Assembly: GCA_037142615.1 (NCBI GenBank)
Contig: JBAXAI010000009.1
Span: 32,001 to 96,000 of the forward strand
DNA: 64,000 nt
DNA from: Spirochaetales bacterium
Lineage (GTDB): Bacteria > Spirochaetota > Spirochaetia > JABEVK01
Reading direction: 5' to 3'
Positions 1-8,313 of the stretch are shown here, piece after piece. Position 1 is the stretch's first letter, and each line of letters begins with the position of its first letter. Below the pieces are notes generated by a model, which was given only the letters and a program-made list of their open reading frames with translations, did not search any database and was not told the DNA's origin. The translations under genes and the position numbers were made by a program.

Positions 1-1
1 C

Positions 2-67
2 AAGGGGCGCCGCCTCGTCGGGGTGGTCAGCATCATGGATATTCTCGACAAAGTGATGAGGGGCTAA
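2..67 (+). CDS. 3' end of upstream gene, probably CBS-domain protein (partial)
   Basis: Frame 2 reads KGRRLVGVVSIMDILDKVMRG*, matching the CBS C-terminal pattern LVG(I/V)(I/V)(S/T)xxD(I/L)L. The stop lies 1 nt before the next ATG. Confidence 0.6.
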   Translation, partial: KGRRLVGVVSIMDILDKVMRG

Positions 68-68
68 C

Positions 69-1307
69 ATGGATACCGTGCAAGTTCTTACCCTGGCAGG
101 GTTTTTGACAACCTTGGTTCTGATCACCGTTTGGAAAGAGGCCCGAACGGCGCTGGTGCTCTGCGGCGCCGTGTTTGTGGCGGTCTTGCACCCATCGACA
201 GCCTTGAGCCATATCGACATTGGGGTCTTGGGCCTGTGGCTGGGCATGCTTGTGCTGGCAGGGGCCCTGCGGCAAACGGGCCTGTCGCAGTACTTGGCGT
301 TGTGGTCAGCCAAGGCGGTGCGCGGAAATCCCGTGGCGATTTTGCTGGTCTACGCCGCGCTGGCACTGCTGTTCTCGGCCGTCGTGGGGAGTGTGCCCGC
401 GATGTTCCTGATGGTACCGGTTTCGCTTCTGGTAGCGGTTGAGCTCGACATTTCGCCGCTTCCCTTTGTGATCGGCGAAGCGGTGGCGGCGGGCTTGGGC
501 GGCGCCCTGACTCTGGTGGGTGACCCGGCCTCGATGGTGGTCGCCTCGACCTTCGGGGTGGACTACACCACTTACCTGAGTTCTGTCGCGCCGGTGCTGG
601 GCCTCACCGCTGTGTTCTTTTTTGGCACCCTCGTGCTCGTGTTTCGCTCCAGCCTCAAGGTGACCAATGAGCGGAAGGCCCGGATCCTTGACTTTGACGC
701 CAGCCGTTCCCGTCCTGATCAAGCGCTCCTGACACCGGTGCTCGGCGTGTTGGTGCTAACTCTGGTCGGACTGGTTGTCGCGGGCTGGTTTCAGGTGCCG
801 GTGGCGTTGGTGGCCCTCGGTGGTGCGGGACTCCTTTTGTTGCTGACCGGACCCAAGGATGCCTTGAAACATTTGGGAGAGGCCGACTGGAACGCCCTGG
901 TGTTCGTGGCGGGCCTGTTCCTGCTGGTGGGTGGCCTGCTCGACTCCGGCGTTCTTGGTGTGCTGTTGCCGGCCCTGGCCCTCTTCCCTGTTCCGCTGCT
1001 TTGGTTTTCGGGCCTTTTGGCGGCTCTGGTCGATAACGTGACGGCGGTCACGGTGCTGGCGCCCTTGGTCCAGTCGCTGGCAGGGGCCCCGGTGTCGCCT
1101 GTGCCGGTTTGGCTCCCGCTCGTCCTGGGTGGAGCCTTGGGAGGTTCGGCAACGCTCTTTGGGGCCTGGGCGAACATCGCCGCCGCTGGCATTGCGGGCA
1201 AGAGTGGCTACAAGCTGAAGTTCTGGACCTTCACCCGCTACACTCTGTTGCTGTCCATCGTCAACTTGCTGGTGGCGAGCGTGGTATTGCTGATTCCCGG
1301 CTTGTAG
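69..1307 (+). CDS. ArsB/NhaD (SLC13/ion transporter superfamily) permease
   Basis: 412 aa, highly hydrophobic. Motifs GGALTLVGDPAS, LVDNV and LGGSATLFGAWANI are typical of IT-superfamily permeases. Confidence 0.85.
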   Translation: MDTVQVLTLAGFLTTLVLITVWKEARTALVLCGAVFVAVLHPSTALSHIDIGVLGLWLGMLVLAGALRQTGLSQYLALWSAKAVRGNPVAILLVYAALALLFSAVVGSVPAMFLMVPVSLLVAVELDISPLPFVIGEAVAAGLGGALTLVGDPASMVVASTFGVDYTTYLSSVAPVLGLTAVFFFGTLVLVFRSSLKVTNERKARILDFDASRSRPDQALLTPVLGVLVLTLVGLVVAGWFQVPVALVALGGAGLLLLLTGPKDALKHLGEADWNALVFVAGLFLLVGGLLDSGVLGVLLPALALFPVPLLWFSGLLAALVDNVTAVTVLAPLVQSLAGAPVSPVPVWLPLVLGGALGGSATLFGAWANIAAAGIAGKSGYKLKFWTFTRYTLLLSIVNLLVASVVLLIPGL

Positions 1308-1972
1308 TCTGCAGGAACTTCGGCGGTCCACCGGTACAAGGTGTGAGCGCTAGCCAGGTATTTTTTTTCGAAAAGTGTCTCGGGCACTTCGGGGTTCCAG
1401 GTCTCGACGGCGCGTTCGACACCGGTCAGCACGGCAAACGCCTGCGCCATTTCGGCGGCGTAGACGGCCCAATTGGTGCGGAGCTCCCAAACGCCGCCGG
1501 TCTGCAGGGCAACCGGAAAGACCGGGTGAAAGGGCCAGCGCCGCAGTCGGTGCTCGGGCTTGGGCCACGGATTGGGGTAGTAGAAAGCTTGGTAGACAAA
1601 GGTCCAGCCTGCGGCTAGCGCCAGCGGCCAAAAGTCTTCCAAGTCGAGCCTCTGCAACACGTAACGGCCCCCGACTTCATTGCGGGGCAACAGGTGAAGG
1701 CCCAACCGGCGAGCAGACTTGTCGAGGCCCAGAACGAGCGCCTCGGGAAACCGGCGTGATAGCGCCAGGGTGCTCAGGCCCGTGCCGCAACCGGTGTCGA
1801 GCACCAGCGGCCCGCCCCAGGCCTCGACGACGGTTTCGAGTTCGCGGAAGGACGCAAGGTTGTGGGCGGCCACCGGACGCTTCCAAGGCTGGCTAGCGTG
1901 CTTGAGGACAGTTTCGTTGAGTCGGGGATGCGGCGCTGTTTGGCGGCTGGTCACCGGCGACGAAGGATTCAC
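1238..1972 (-). CDS. TrmB-like SAM-dependent methyltransferase
   Basis: SAM motif LDTGCGTG plus GLDKS, YPNPWPK, ELRTNW and TLFEKKY. GTG start. The 3' end overlaps the transporter by 70 nt. Confidence 0.8.
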   Translation of the reverse strand: MNPSSPVTSRQTAPHPRLNETVLKHASQPWKRPVAAHNLASFRELETVVEAWGGPLVLDTGCGTGLSTLALSRRFPEALVLGLDKSARRLGLHLLPRNEVGGRYVLQRLDLEDFWPLALAAGWTFVYQAFYYPNPWPKPEHRLRRWPFHPVFPVALQTGGVWELRTNWAVYAAEMAQAFAVLTGVERAVETWNPEVPETLFEKKYLASAHTLYRWTAEVPADYKPGISNTTLATSKLTMDSNRV

Positions 1973-2038
1973 ACGCTCAGTCTGGCGCCGTCAAGACCAA
2001 AAGGCAAGTCCAGACTATACTTCGAGGTGAGGAACCCC

Positions 2039-2533
2039 ATGCCCCTGTTTATTTTGCCTCTGGCTCTGCTCAGTCTGCTGACGTTTCAAGCCTCGACCCC
2101 GGGTCCTTCGGGAGAGGGGGCCTTGGCCGGCGACACCCTCATCCAACTGGCTGATGGCACCGCGAAGGCGGCCTCCGACTTGGTTGCGGGCGACCTTTTG
2201 CAAGGCTGGAAGAACGGAAAAGGCCCGGTTTCTGTGGTTCTTAAGGCTGTGGTGCGACTCAATGCCAACGCCTACCAGGCGGTGAGAACAGCGCAGGGAA
2301 CACTCCGAGCCAGCGGCAACCTCTGGGTTGCCACAGCAAGCGGCGGGTTGGTCAAACTATCGGCACTCGCCGGCCAGGGCCCCGCAGGCGACCTGGTGGG
2401 GCTGGCCACCAAGGGCACGCAGTCGATCCCGGTGCTCGGCAAACGGGAATACCCGTCCAACCTTCCGCTGTTCAACCTGGAACTCGCCGCACCGGGATTG
2501 TTCGTGGCCGGTGGCGTGCTCGTCCACGACTAG
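2039..2533 (+). CDS. Exported standalone Hint (intein-like) domain protein with degenerate catalytic residues
   Basis: ATG at 2039 follows GAGGTGAGGA. Hydrophobic signal-like N-terminus, block-A-like ALAGDTLIQLADG...DLVAGD, and block F/G-like LFNLELAAPGLFVAGGVLVHD-stop. Confidence 0.75.
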   Translation: MPLFILPLALLSLLTFQASTPGPSGEGALAGDTLIQLADGTAKAASDLVAGDLLQGWKNGKGPVSVVLKAVVRLNANAYQAVRTAQGTLRASGNLWVATASGGLVKLSALAGQGPAGDLVGLATKGTQSIPVLGKREYPSNLPLFNLELAAPGLFVAGGVLVHD

Positions 2534-2585
2534 AAGCGCGCTTTCGGACTAGCGCAAACGGTGGGTCCAGTGCGATTCTTGAAGA

Positions 2586-3959
2586 ATGCCGCTCGACAGC
2601 GTCACCGTCATCACTTTCTCGCTCGTGGTCGCGCTCGTCCTGAGCCTCTTTAGCTGGTCCTTGGTCTTGAGTCCACGGTCGCCCCGCTGGCGCGTGTCGT
2701 GGGCCTGCGCCAACACCAGCCTGACGCTTGGAGTATTCCTGTTGCTGGGTCAGGACTCGATCACCGCCTGGCTGTCGATCGTGTTGGCCAACGGGCTCAT
2801 CGTTGCTGGCTTCGTCCTGCTGGAAGCGGGTCTCCGCAGATTTGCGGAAAAGCCTTTCGAGCCCTGGTATCTGTGGGTCTTCTTCGGTGTGCTGTTCGCC
2901 GGTTTTGTCGTGTTGACGTTCGGTTGGTATTCCCTCGTGCTGCGGACCGTCTTCCATGCAGGGCTTGTGCTCTTAACCGTGGTCCGAATGCTTGTGCTGA
3001 CCAGAACCGGACTGGCACAGGATCGAAGGCACAACCCCTGGATGCTACGGTTTTTTGAGGGCGTACTCGTTGCAGTGGCCCTTTCGTACGTGGTTCGCCT
3101 TGGATTGGTCTTCGGTGAAAACTCGCGGACCGTGCTTGACCCCAGCAATTCCTTGGCCCTCATCTTTTTGTCGACAACCGTGGGAATGGTAGCGTGGACC
3201 ATGTGTCTGGTGGGCATCGAAGTGTACCGAGGTCAGCGTCTGGTCGAAGTCTCGCTGGCAACCCGCGACACGATGTTTGCACTCATTGCTCACGACCTAA
3301 AAGGACCCGTTGGAAACTTGGCCGCCTTGTTGGAGGTCGCAGGCGAAAAAGGGACCACCGACGAAGAAAAGGCGGCGACGTTGCGCGTGGCAGCCGAGGC
3401 GGCGCGTGAAAGCTACACCCTGCTCGACGACCTGCTGAGCTGGGCGCGTAGCCAGCGGGGTGATCTGGCGCTGACTCCGCAGGTCCTCTCGGTGGAAGGA
3501 CTGCTCCGGGAGTCAATGCACCCCCTGCAAGCCACGGCAAACCGCAAGAACCTGACCCTAACGGTGAAAACCGATCCCGACCTCGTGGTGTGGGGTGATG
3601 ACTCGACTCTCCAGACGGTGCTCAGGAACCTCGTTTCGAACGCCATCAAGTATTCGCCCCGAGGTGGCAGGGTCACGGTCGAGGCCTGGCAGACTGGACG
3701 CTTGGTGGTCGTCCGCGTCCTGGACACCGGGCCCGGTATGTCGGCTCGCGTTTTGGACGAACTTGCCAACGACCGTCAATTGACTCCGGCGCCTGGAAGC
3801 GAAGGTGAGCCGGGGACGGGCCTGGGCCTGAGGCTGTGTCAGGCGTTTGCCCTCGCCAACAAGGGGAGCCTCAAGTTCCGCGCGCTCCGGGAGAACCCGA
3901 ACTCGGGAACCGAGGTGATGCTCACGCTCCCCTTGCCAGACTCAACACTTCGAGACTAG
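2586..3959 (+). CDS. Sensor histidine kinase with multi-TM N-terminal domain
   Basis: H-box IAHDLKGP, N-box RNLVSNAIKYS, G1 DTGPGM and G2 GTGLGL. About 7 hydrophobic segments precede the kinase core. Confidence 0.9.
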   Translation: MPLDSVTVITFSLVVALVLSLFSWSLVLSPRSPRWRVSWACANTSLTLGVFLLLGQDSITAWLSIVLANGLIVAGFVLLEAGLRRFAEKPFEPWYLWVFFGVLFAGFVVLTFGWYSLVLRTVFHAGLVLLTVVRMLVLTRTGLAQDRRHNPWMLRFFEGVLVAVALSYVVRLGLVFGENSRTVLDPSNSLALIFLSTTVGMVAWTMCLVGIEVYRGQRLVEVSLATRDTMFALIAHDLKGPVGNLAALLEVAGEKGTTDEEKAATLRVAAEAARESYTLLDDLLSWARSQRGDLALTPQVLSVEGLLRESMHPLQATANRKNLTLTVKTDPDLVVWGDDSTLQTVLRNLVSNAIKYSPRGGRVTVEAWQTGRLVVVRVLDTGPGMSARVLDELANDRQLTPAPGSEGEPGTGLGLRLCQAFALANKGSLKFRALRENPNSGTEVMLTLPLPDSTLRD

Positions 3960-4132
3960 GCGGTAACGTCGACCTTGGTGCCTTGATAGGCCCGCAAAGG
4001 CGCCTTGGCGGGCGAAGCCTCAACGGCTTCGTTGTCGGGGGCAGCCTCGCGGCCTTCACCGGCTTCGACCGGGGCAGGGGTCTGCATCGCCAGCTTTTGT
4101 ACCGACGACGACAGATCCGAAGAAATGTTCAT
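3956..4132 (-). CDS. Small 58-aa protein ending in GTKVDVTA (not in the ORF track)
   Basis: AAGGAG RBS 5 nt before ATG 4132. Translation MNISSDLSSSVQKLAMQTPAPVEAGEGREAAPDNEAVEASPAKAPLRAYQGTKVDVTA*. It exactly fills the gap between two kinase genes. Confidence 0.7.
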   Translation of the reverse strand: MNISSDLSSSVQKLAMQTPAPVEAGEGREAAPDNEAVEASPAKAPLRAYQGTKVDVTA

Positions 4133-4147
4133 GGAAACTCCTTGAGG

Positions 4148-5527
4148 CTATGCGCCTCGAACCCATTGTCGAGAATTTCGGTCAGCTTGTCTGTGAAGAT
4201 TGGGTGAAGGGAGGAAAAGTCGAGCCTCCACCCGGCCCGTGCCAACGTTTTGCAGCAGCAGGGTTCCACCATGCAATTCGACGATGGCCTTGGCGATGGC
4301 CAAACCCAGCCCGTTGCCGGGCCGGTTACGCGAACTTTCACCCCGATGCAGCCGCTGGAACAAGAAGGTTTGCTCCTCGGCAGCGAGGCGACCGGGGTTG
4401 GTGATCACCACCAGCACCCCCCCGGCTGAGGCAGACCAGTCGACGGTGAGCAGCCCCGGACCCTGAGCGTGAGCCAAGGCATTGGTGAGCAGGTTGGCGA
4501 GGGCGCGGTGCAGAAGCTCGGGATCAGCGTCGAAGGTACCGTCGACGACTGTCGAAGTCCAAGTGCGGCCCCGGCTCCCGGCGAGCTCGACCAAAGGAGT
4601 CAGGAGCGGGGGAATGAGCTCGCTCAGTAGGCAGAGCTTGAGTTCGGGTCGCATTTCGGGCGACTCGAGGCGACCGAGGGCCAGCAGGTCGCCGGTCAGG
4701 GCCTCGAGCCGGTTGACTTCCCCCAACAGCAAAGGGAGGCGCTCGGTGCCCAGCTCGAGCACCCCGTCGGCCAAACCCTCCAGCTGAACTCTCAGCCCAG
4801 CCAACGGGGTTCTCAGGTCGTGGGCGATGTCTTGCGCCCACTGGCGGCGGAGGTCGGCCTCGCGGATCAGGGCGCGCTGCACCCGGGTGGCCTGGGCCGA
4901 ACTCTCTTGAAAGGCCTTCCACGACGACAGGGAGGCAGCCAAACCCGCGACCAGCAGACCGATCAGCAGTGCCCAGCCGAGATTGGCCAGGAACTGACGG
5001 TTCTCTTCGATGAGCTCGAAGGTGTGGTGGCCCGACCAGAAGTAGCCCTGCGTGCGCCCCCCGAGCGTCAGCGGCGTCAGACTTCCCCGGGCCTGAAGAT
5101 GGCTGAACAGGGTTTCGCCGGCGGCGGGGCGGTCTTCAGCAGGCAAGAGTTCGGTGGGGTCACCGTCGCGGTTGAGTTGACTCGACTTCTCGCCGGCCGT
5201 GTCTTCCTCGTACCAGGACTTTCCATGCCACGACCAGAACTCCAGCGATCCGTCGGCGCGGAAAACGAAGGCGAAAACGGTAGGCTCGAGGTAGTTCATC
5301 AGCGCTCGGCTGACTTCTTCGCCTTCGAGATCGCCAGTCTGACCCAGCAAATGGTCGAGTTCGCTGAGCAGGACGCTGTGGATCGCCCCGGTGGCTTCCT
5401 GCTGCCAGCGGTCGCGGCTAAAAAGGTAGCCGGCCACGAAGACGACCGCGAACACCAGCAGAAAGACGGCCAGCGCCTTGACGACGCTCCGCATGAGCAA
5501 AGCGAACAGGCTCGGAGAGGGACTCAA
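4148..5527 (-). CDS. Sensor histidine kinase (BaeS-like), partner of adjacent OmpR-family regulator
   Basis: IAHDLRTPL, NLLTNAL and GNGLGLAI motifs, with two TM segments. The start is TTG 5527 overlapping the regulator stop (TTGA), or alternatively ATG 5494. Confidence 0.85.
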   Translation of the reverse strand: MSPSPSLFALLMRSVVKALAVFLLVFAVVFVAGYLFSRDRWQQEATGAIHSVLLSELDHLLGQTGDLEGEEVSRALMNYLEPTVFAFVFRADGSLEFWSWHGKSWYEEDTAGEKSSQLNRDGDPTELLPAEDRPAAGETLFSHLQARGSLTPLTLGGRTQGYFWSGHHTFELIEENRQFLANLGWALLIGLLVAGLAASLSSWKAFQESSAQATRVQRALIREADLRRQWAQDIAHDLRTPLAGLRVQLEGLADGVLELGTERLPLLLGEVNRLEALTGDLLALGRLESPEMRPELKLCLLSELIPPLLTPLVELAGSRGRTWTSTVVDGTFDADPELLHRALANLLTNALAHAQGPGLLTVDWSASAGGVLVVITNPGRLAAEEQTFLFQRLHRGESSRNRPGNGLGLAIAKAIVELHGGTLLLQNVGTGRVEARLFLPSPNLHRQADRNSRQWVRGA

Positions 5528-6219
5528 ACGCGCAACCCGGCAAAGCGGTAGCCGACACCTCTCACGGTCTCGATCCAAACTTGTTCGCCGAGCTTGGCTC
5601 GGAGGTTCTTCATGTGCGTATCGACGGTGCGCTCGCCGGTGTCGACGTAGTACTGCAAAGCTCCCGACATGAGCTCACGGCGCGAAAGTGCGACCCCGGG
5701 ACGCGCAGTGAAGGTGTCGATGAAGGCCCACTCCCCTGGGGTAAGCAGCACTTCGTCGCCGTCGATGAACACCTTGCGCGAGGCGTCATCAAACTCGAGG
5801 CGGTGTACACCCACCCTCGATCCGGGGAGCACATAGGCCCGCACCAGAGCCTGGGCAGGTTCAGCGGTGCGGCGGCGCAAAATCGCCCGAACCCGATGGA
5901 CCAGTTCGCGCGGCGAAAACGGTTTGACGACATAGTCGCTGGCTCCGAGTTCCCAGCCGGCGAGGCGCTCGGCCTCGTCGCCCCGGGCTGTCAGGAACAA
6001 GAAAGGGGCCGGGGTCAGCTTGCGCAGGTCGCGAGCCAGCGAAAAGCCGTCGCGACCGGGCAACATCACATCGAGCAGGAACAGGTCGAAGCGCGTGGCG
6101 ACGGCCAGGAGGTCGTTTCCCTCACTGCGGGTCTCAACCTCGTGACCGTCCTGCCTCAAGTAGGCGGCGACACCTTCCCGGATGGACTCGTGGTCTTCCA
6201 CCACCAAGATTCGAGCCAT
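5524..6219 (-). CDS. OmpR/PhoB-family response regulator
   Basis: ILVVED, LLDVMLPG, KPF, ERTVDTHMKNLRAKL and ETVRGVGY motifs. GAGGAGG RBS. Confidence 0.95.
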   Translation of the reverse strand: MARILVVEDHESIREGVAAYLRQDGHEVETRSEGNDLLAVATRFDLFLLDVMLPGRDGFSLARDLRKLTPAPFLFLTARGDEAERLAGWELGASDYVVKPFSPRELVHRVRAILRRRTAEPAQALVRAYVLPGSRVGVHRLEFDDASRKVFIDGDEVLLTPGEWAFIDTFTARPGVALSRRELMSGALQYYVDTGERTVDTHMKNLRAKLGEQVWIETVRGVGYRFAGLRV

Positions 6220-6243
6220 GTTCCTCCTCGTGCGGCGTCTACC

Positions 6244-6333
6244 TTAGGTAAATGCCAAGACCCCCACCGTGATCAGAACAGCGAGAAAGCTGATGACCAA
6301 GTAGGTGGTTAGTACAAGATTACTCTTTTTCAT
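6244..6333 (-). CDS. 29-aa single-TM peptide at end of the GntR-ABC operon (not in the ORF track)
   Basis: AGGAG RBS then ATG 6333. Translation MKKSNLVLTTYLVISFLAVLITVGVLAFT*. Overlaps the GntR stop by 14 nt. Confidence 0.55.
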   Translation of the reverse strand: MKKSNLVLTTYLVISFLAVLITVGVLAFT

Positions 6334-6688
6334 GCGATTTCTCCTGATATTTTTGCTCGACTTCTTGGAGCGTGATGCCTAACTGGTCCATGGCTCGGAA
6401 CACGGCCGGTAGCTCGGCGTCGAAGAACTGCCGCCGGAGCGACTCGCGGGCCCGTTCGGCACCACCGGCAGCCACGAAATAGCCGGTACCCCGCTCGTTG
6501 CGGGCTATGCCGGCGTCGGCCAGAATCTGCAGGGCCCGAACGGCCGTGTTGGGGTTCACCTCGAGGCTGGTAGCCAGGTCGCGCGCCGAGGCGAGGCGTG
6601 CTTCGGGAGCCAAACGGCCGGCGATCACGTCGCGCATCAGCGTGTCGGCAATCTGCACAAAGATGGGTTTGTCGTTATTGAACCGCAT
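6320..6688 (-). CDS. GntR-family (YtrA subfamily) transcriptional regulator
   Basis: 122 aa from ATG 6688. Motifs KPIFVQIAD, SARDLATSLEVNPNT and RGTGYFV, with the short C-terminal domain typical of YtrA. Confidence 0.92.
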   Translation of the reverse strand: MRFNNDKPIFVQIADTLMRDVIAGRLAPEARLASARDLATSLEVNPNTAVRALQILADAGIARNERGTGYFVAAGGAERARESLRRQFFDAELPAVFRAMDQLGITLQEVEQKYQEKSHEKE

Positions 6689-7460
6689 GGCGCGCCTCTT
6701 TTTCCGCGACGCGGAAGGAACCGAACAGCAGGGCGCAGACCGGGGTGAAGACGAAGATGCCGAAGTGCCAGAACCACTGGAGGCCTTGCTGGAAACTGCC
6801 GTTGAAGCTACGGAACTGCCAGTCGGCGGCACTGGTGCCGTCGGGCCCGACATTTTCCATGCCCACGAAGACGTTCGATCCTGGGCCCAGTACGCCGAAC
6901 AGTTTGAGGCCCAGGCTCCCCAGCAAGGCCAAAGCCGCTGCGAAGCCGACCAGCGAGGCAAACGTCTTGAGCAAAGCAAACTTGCCGAACACGGCCGAAC
7001 CGGTGAACAGGAGCAAGTTCATCACCACGAAGAGCCCCCACATCTGCCAAACGCCGAACTCGACGGGGAGCTCCACGCGGTTGGTGAACACCCAGAGCAG
7101 CAAGCCGACCAGCGAGGTGACGACGGGCACAATCACCTGAGTCTGAAGCAAAGCCGCCAGGTACTTTTCGCCGCTGGTGGCCGGGAGAAGCAACCAGTCG
7201 GTGGTCGATTTGGGCGATTGCATGGCGTGGAAGGCCCGTGCCGAGGTGAGAAAGCAGGCGAGGACAACCAAACCCGGCCAGCCATAGTTGTCGCGTTGGC
7301 CCATCGAGGAGGCAGCGCCACCGCTCAACAACATGGTGAAAACCCAGCCCAGCACGTTGAGCCCAACAAGAATAGCAGCACCGAGAAGGATGGGAATGAA
7401 GTCAGAAACAAAACGAGATCGGATAAGGAAATAGACCCGTTTAGGCTGAAGATTACGCAT
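6675..7460 (-). CDS. ABC transporter permease (exporter type)
   Basis: About 6 TM segments and the motif LLLPATSGEKY. AGGAG RBS before ATG 7460. Translationally coupled to the ATPase and GntR genes. Confidence 0.8.
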   Translation of the reverse strand: MRNLQPKRVYFLIRSRFVSDFIPILLGAAILVGLNVLGWVFTMLLSGGAASSMGQRDNYGWPGLVVLACFLTSARAFHAMQSPKSTTDWLLLPATSGEKYLAALLQTQVIVPVVTSLVGLLLWVFTNRVELPVEFGVWQMWGLFVVMNLLLFTGSAVFGKFALLKTFASLVGFAAALALLGSLGLKLFGVLGPGSNVFVGMENVGPDGTSAADWQFRSFNGSFQQGLQWFWHFGIFVFTPVCALLFGSFRVAEKEARHAVQ

Positions 7461-8211
7461 GGGCGACTCCTTGGATTGCGCCGACCAGCGCGGCCAGCCG
7501 GCCCGGCTCGGTGAGTGCGGTGTTGAAGAGCGCCTCAAGATCGCCGAGGCCTTGCGCCTGCAACTCGGTGGCGAGATCGGTGACCGGCAGCACAAAGGGA
7601 ATCTTGCCCTGGTCCATGATCAGCACCGGGTCGATGAGGTTCTCGAGATCGCGAACCTGGTGGGTGCTCACGAGAATAACGCGGTCTTCGCGGGCCGCCG
7701 CAGCCAACATCTTGCGAAAGGTGACCTTGGCGGGAATGTCGAGGCCGTTGGTCGGCTCGTCGAGCAAAAGCGTGTTCGCGCCGCTGGCCAACGCGAAAGC
7801 CAGGCAGAACTTCTTGCGTTGGCCGTAGCTGAGCTTCGACAGGGGCTTGTCTTCGGTGAGCGCAAAGTCGCGGCGCAACTGGTCGAACAGCGCGCGGTCG
7901 AACGCAGGCCGGAAGGGGAGCTGGGTGGCCAGCCAGGCCTCGGGCTTTTGCGCCGGTACCCAGGGGTCCTCGGGCACAAAAGCAACCGCCGCCAGGTGCT
8001 CGGCCTCGCGGCGGGCCGGGTTTCGGCCGAAGACCTGCATGCTTCCGGCCTGAGGCAACAACGCCCCCGCGATGAGCTTGAGCAGGCTGGTCTTGCCCGC
8101 GCCGTTGAGCCCCAAAAGGCCGCCGATGGAGCCAGCCGGGAGCTTCAGGTCGAGCTTGTCGAACAGCACCGTCTTCCCGTACCCGAAGGTCAGGGATTCC
8201 AGATGAATCAT
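7453..8211 (-). CDS. ABC transporter ATP-binding protein (YtrB-like)
   Basis: Walker A GLNGAGKT, signature LSYGQ, Walker B LLLDEPT and H-loop STH. Confidence 0.95.
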   Translation of the reverse strand: MIHLESLTFGYGKTVLFDKLDLKLPAGSIGGLLGLNGAGKTSLLKLIAGALLPQAGSMQVFGRNPARREAEHLAAVAFVPEDPWVPAQKPEAWLATQLPFRPAFDRALFDQLRRDFALTEDKPLSKLSYGQRKKFCLAFALASGANTLLLDEPTNGLDIPAKVTFRKMLAAAAREDRVILVSTHQVRDLENLIDPVLIMDQGKIPFVLPVTDLATELQAQGLGDLEALFNTALTEPGRLAALVGAIQGVAHA

Positions 8212-8222
8212 ACTTACTCCTC

Positions 8223-8271
8223 TAGTGTAGTAGTCTGCTAGTACACTACTTCACAGGAAATAAAGTGTCAA
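8223..8271 (-). promoter_or_regulatory. sigma70 promoter overlapped by YtrA-type operator
   Basis: Minus strand TTGACA(8271-8266)-17 nt-TAGTGT(8248-8243). The inverted repeat TAGTGTA-N12-TACACTA at 8223-8248 resembles the AGTGTA..TACACT YtrA box. Confidence 0.75.
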
Positions 8272-8313
8272 GTGGTCGGCCCCTGGGCGATGGTTTGGGC
8301 TTACACTTACATC

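Noticed and set aside
2039-2533. Active intein or mobile element
   Set aside because: It has no host extein, no homing endonuclease and no catalytic residues. Kept instead as a degenerate Hint-fold finding.
4133-4200. sigma28 promoter upstream of the 58-aa ORF
   Set aside because: Only a weak CTCGACAA match to GCCGATAA, with no properly spaced TAAA.
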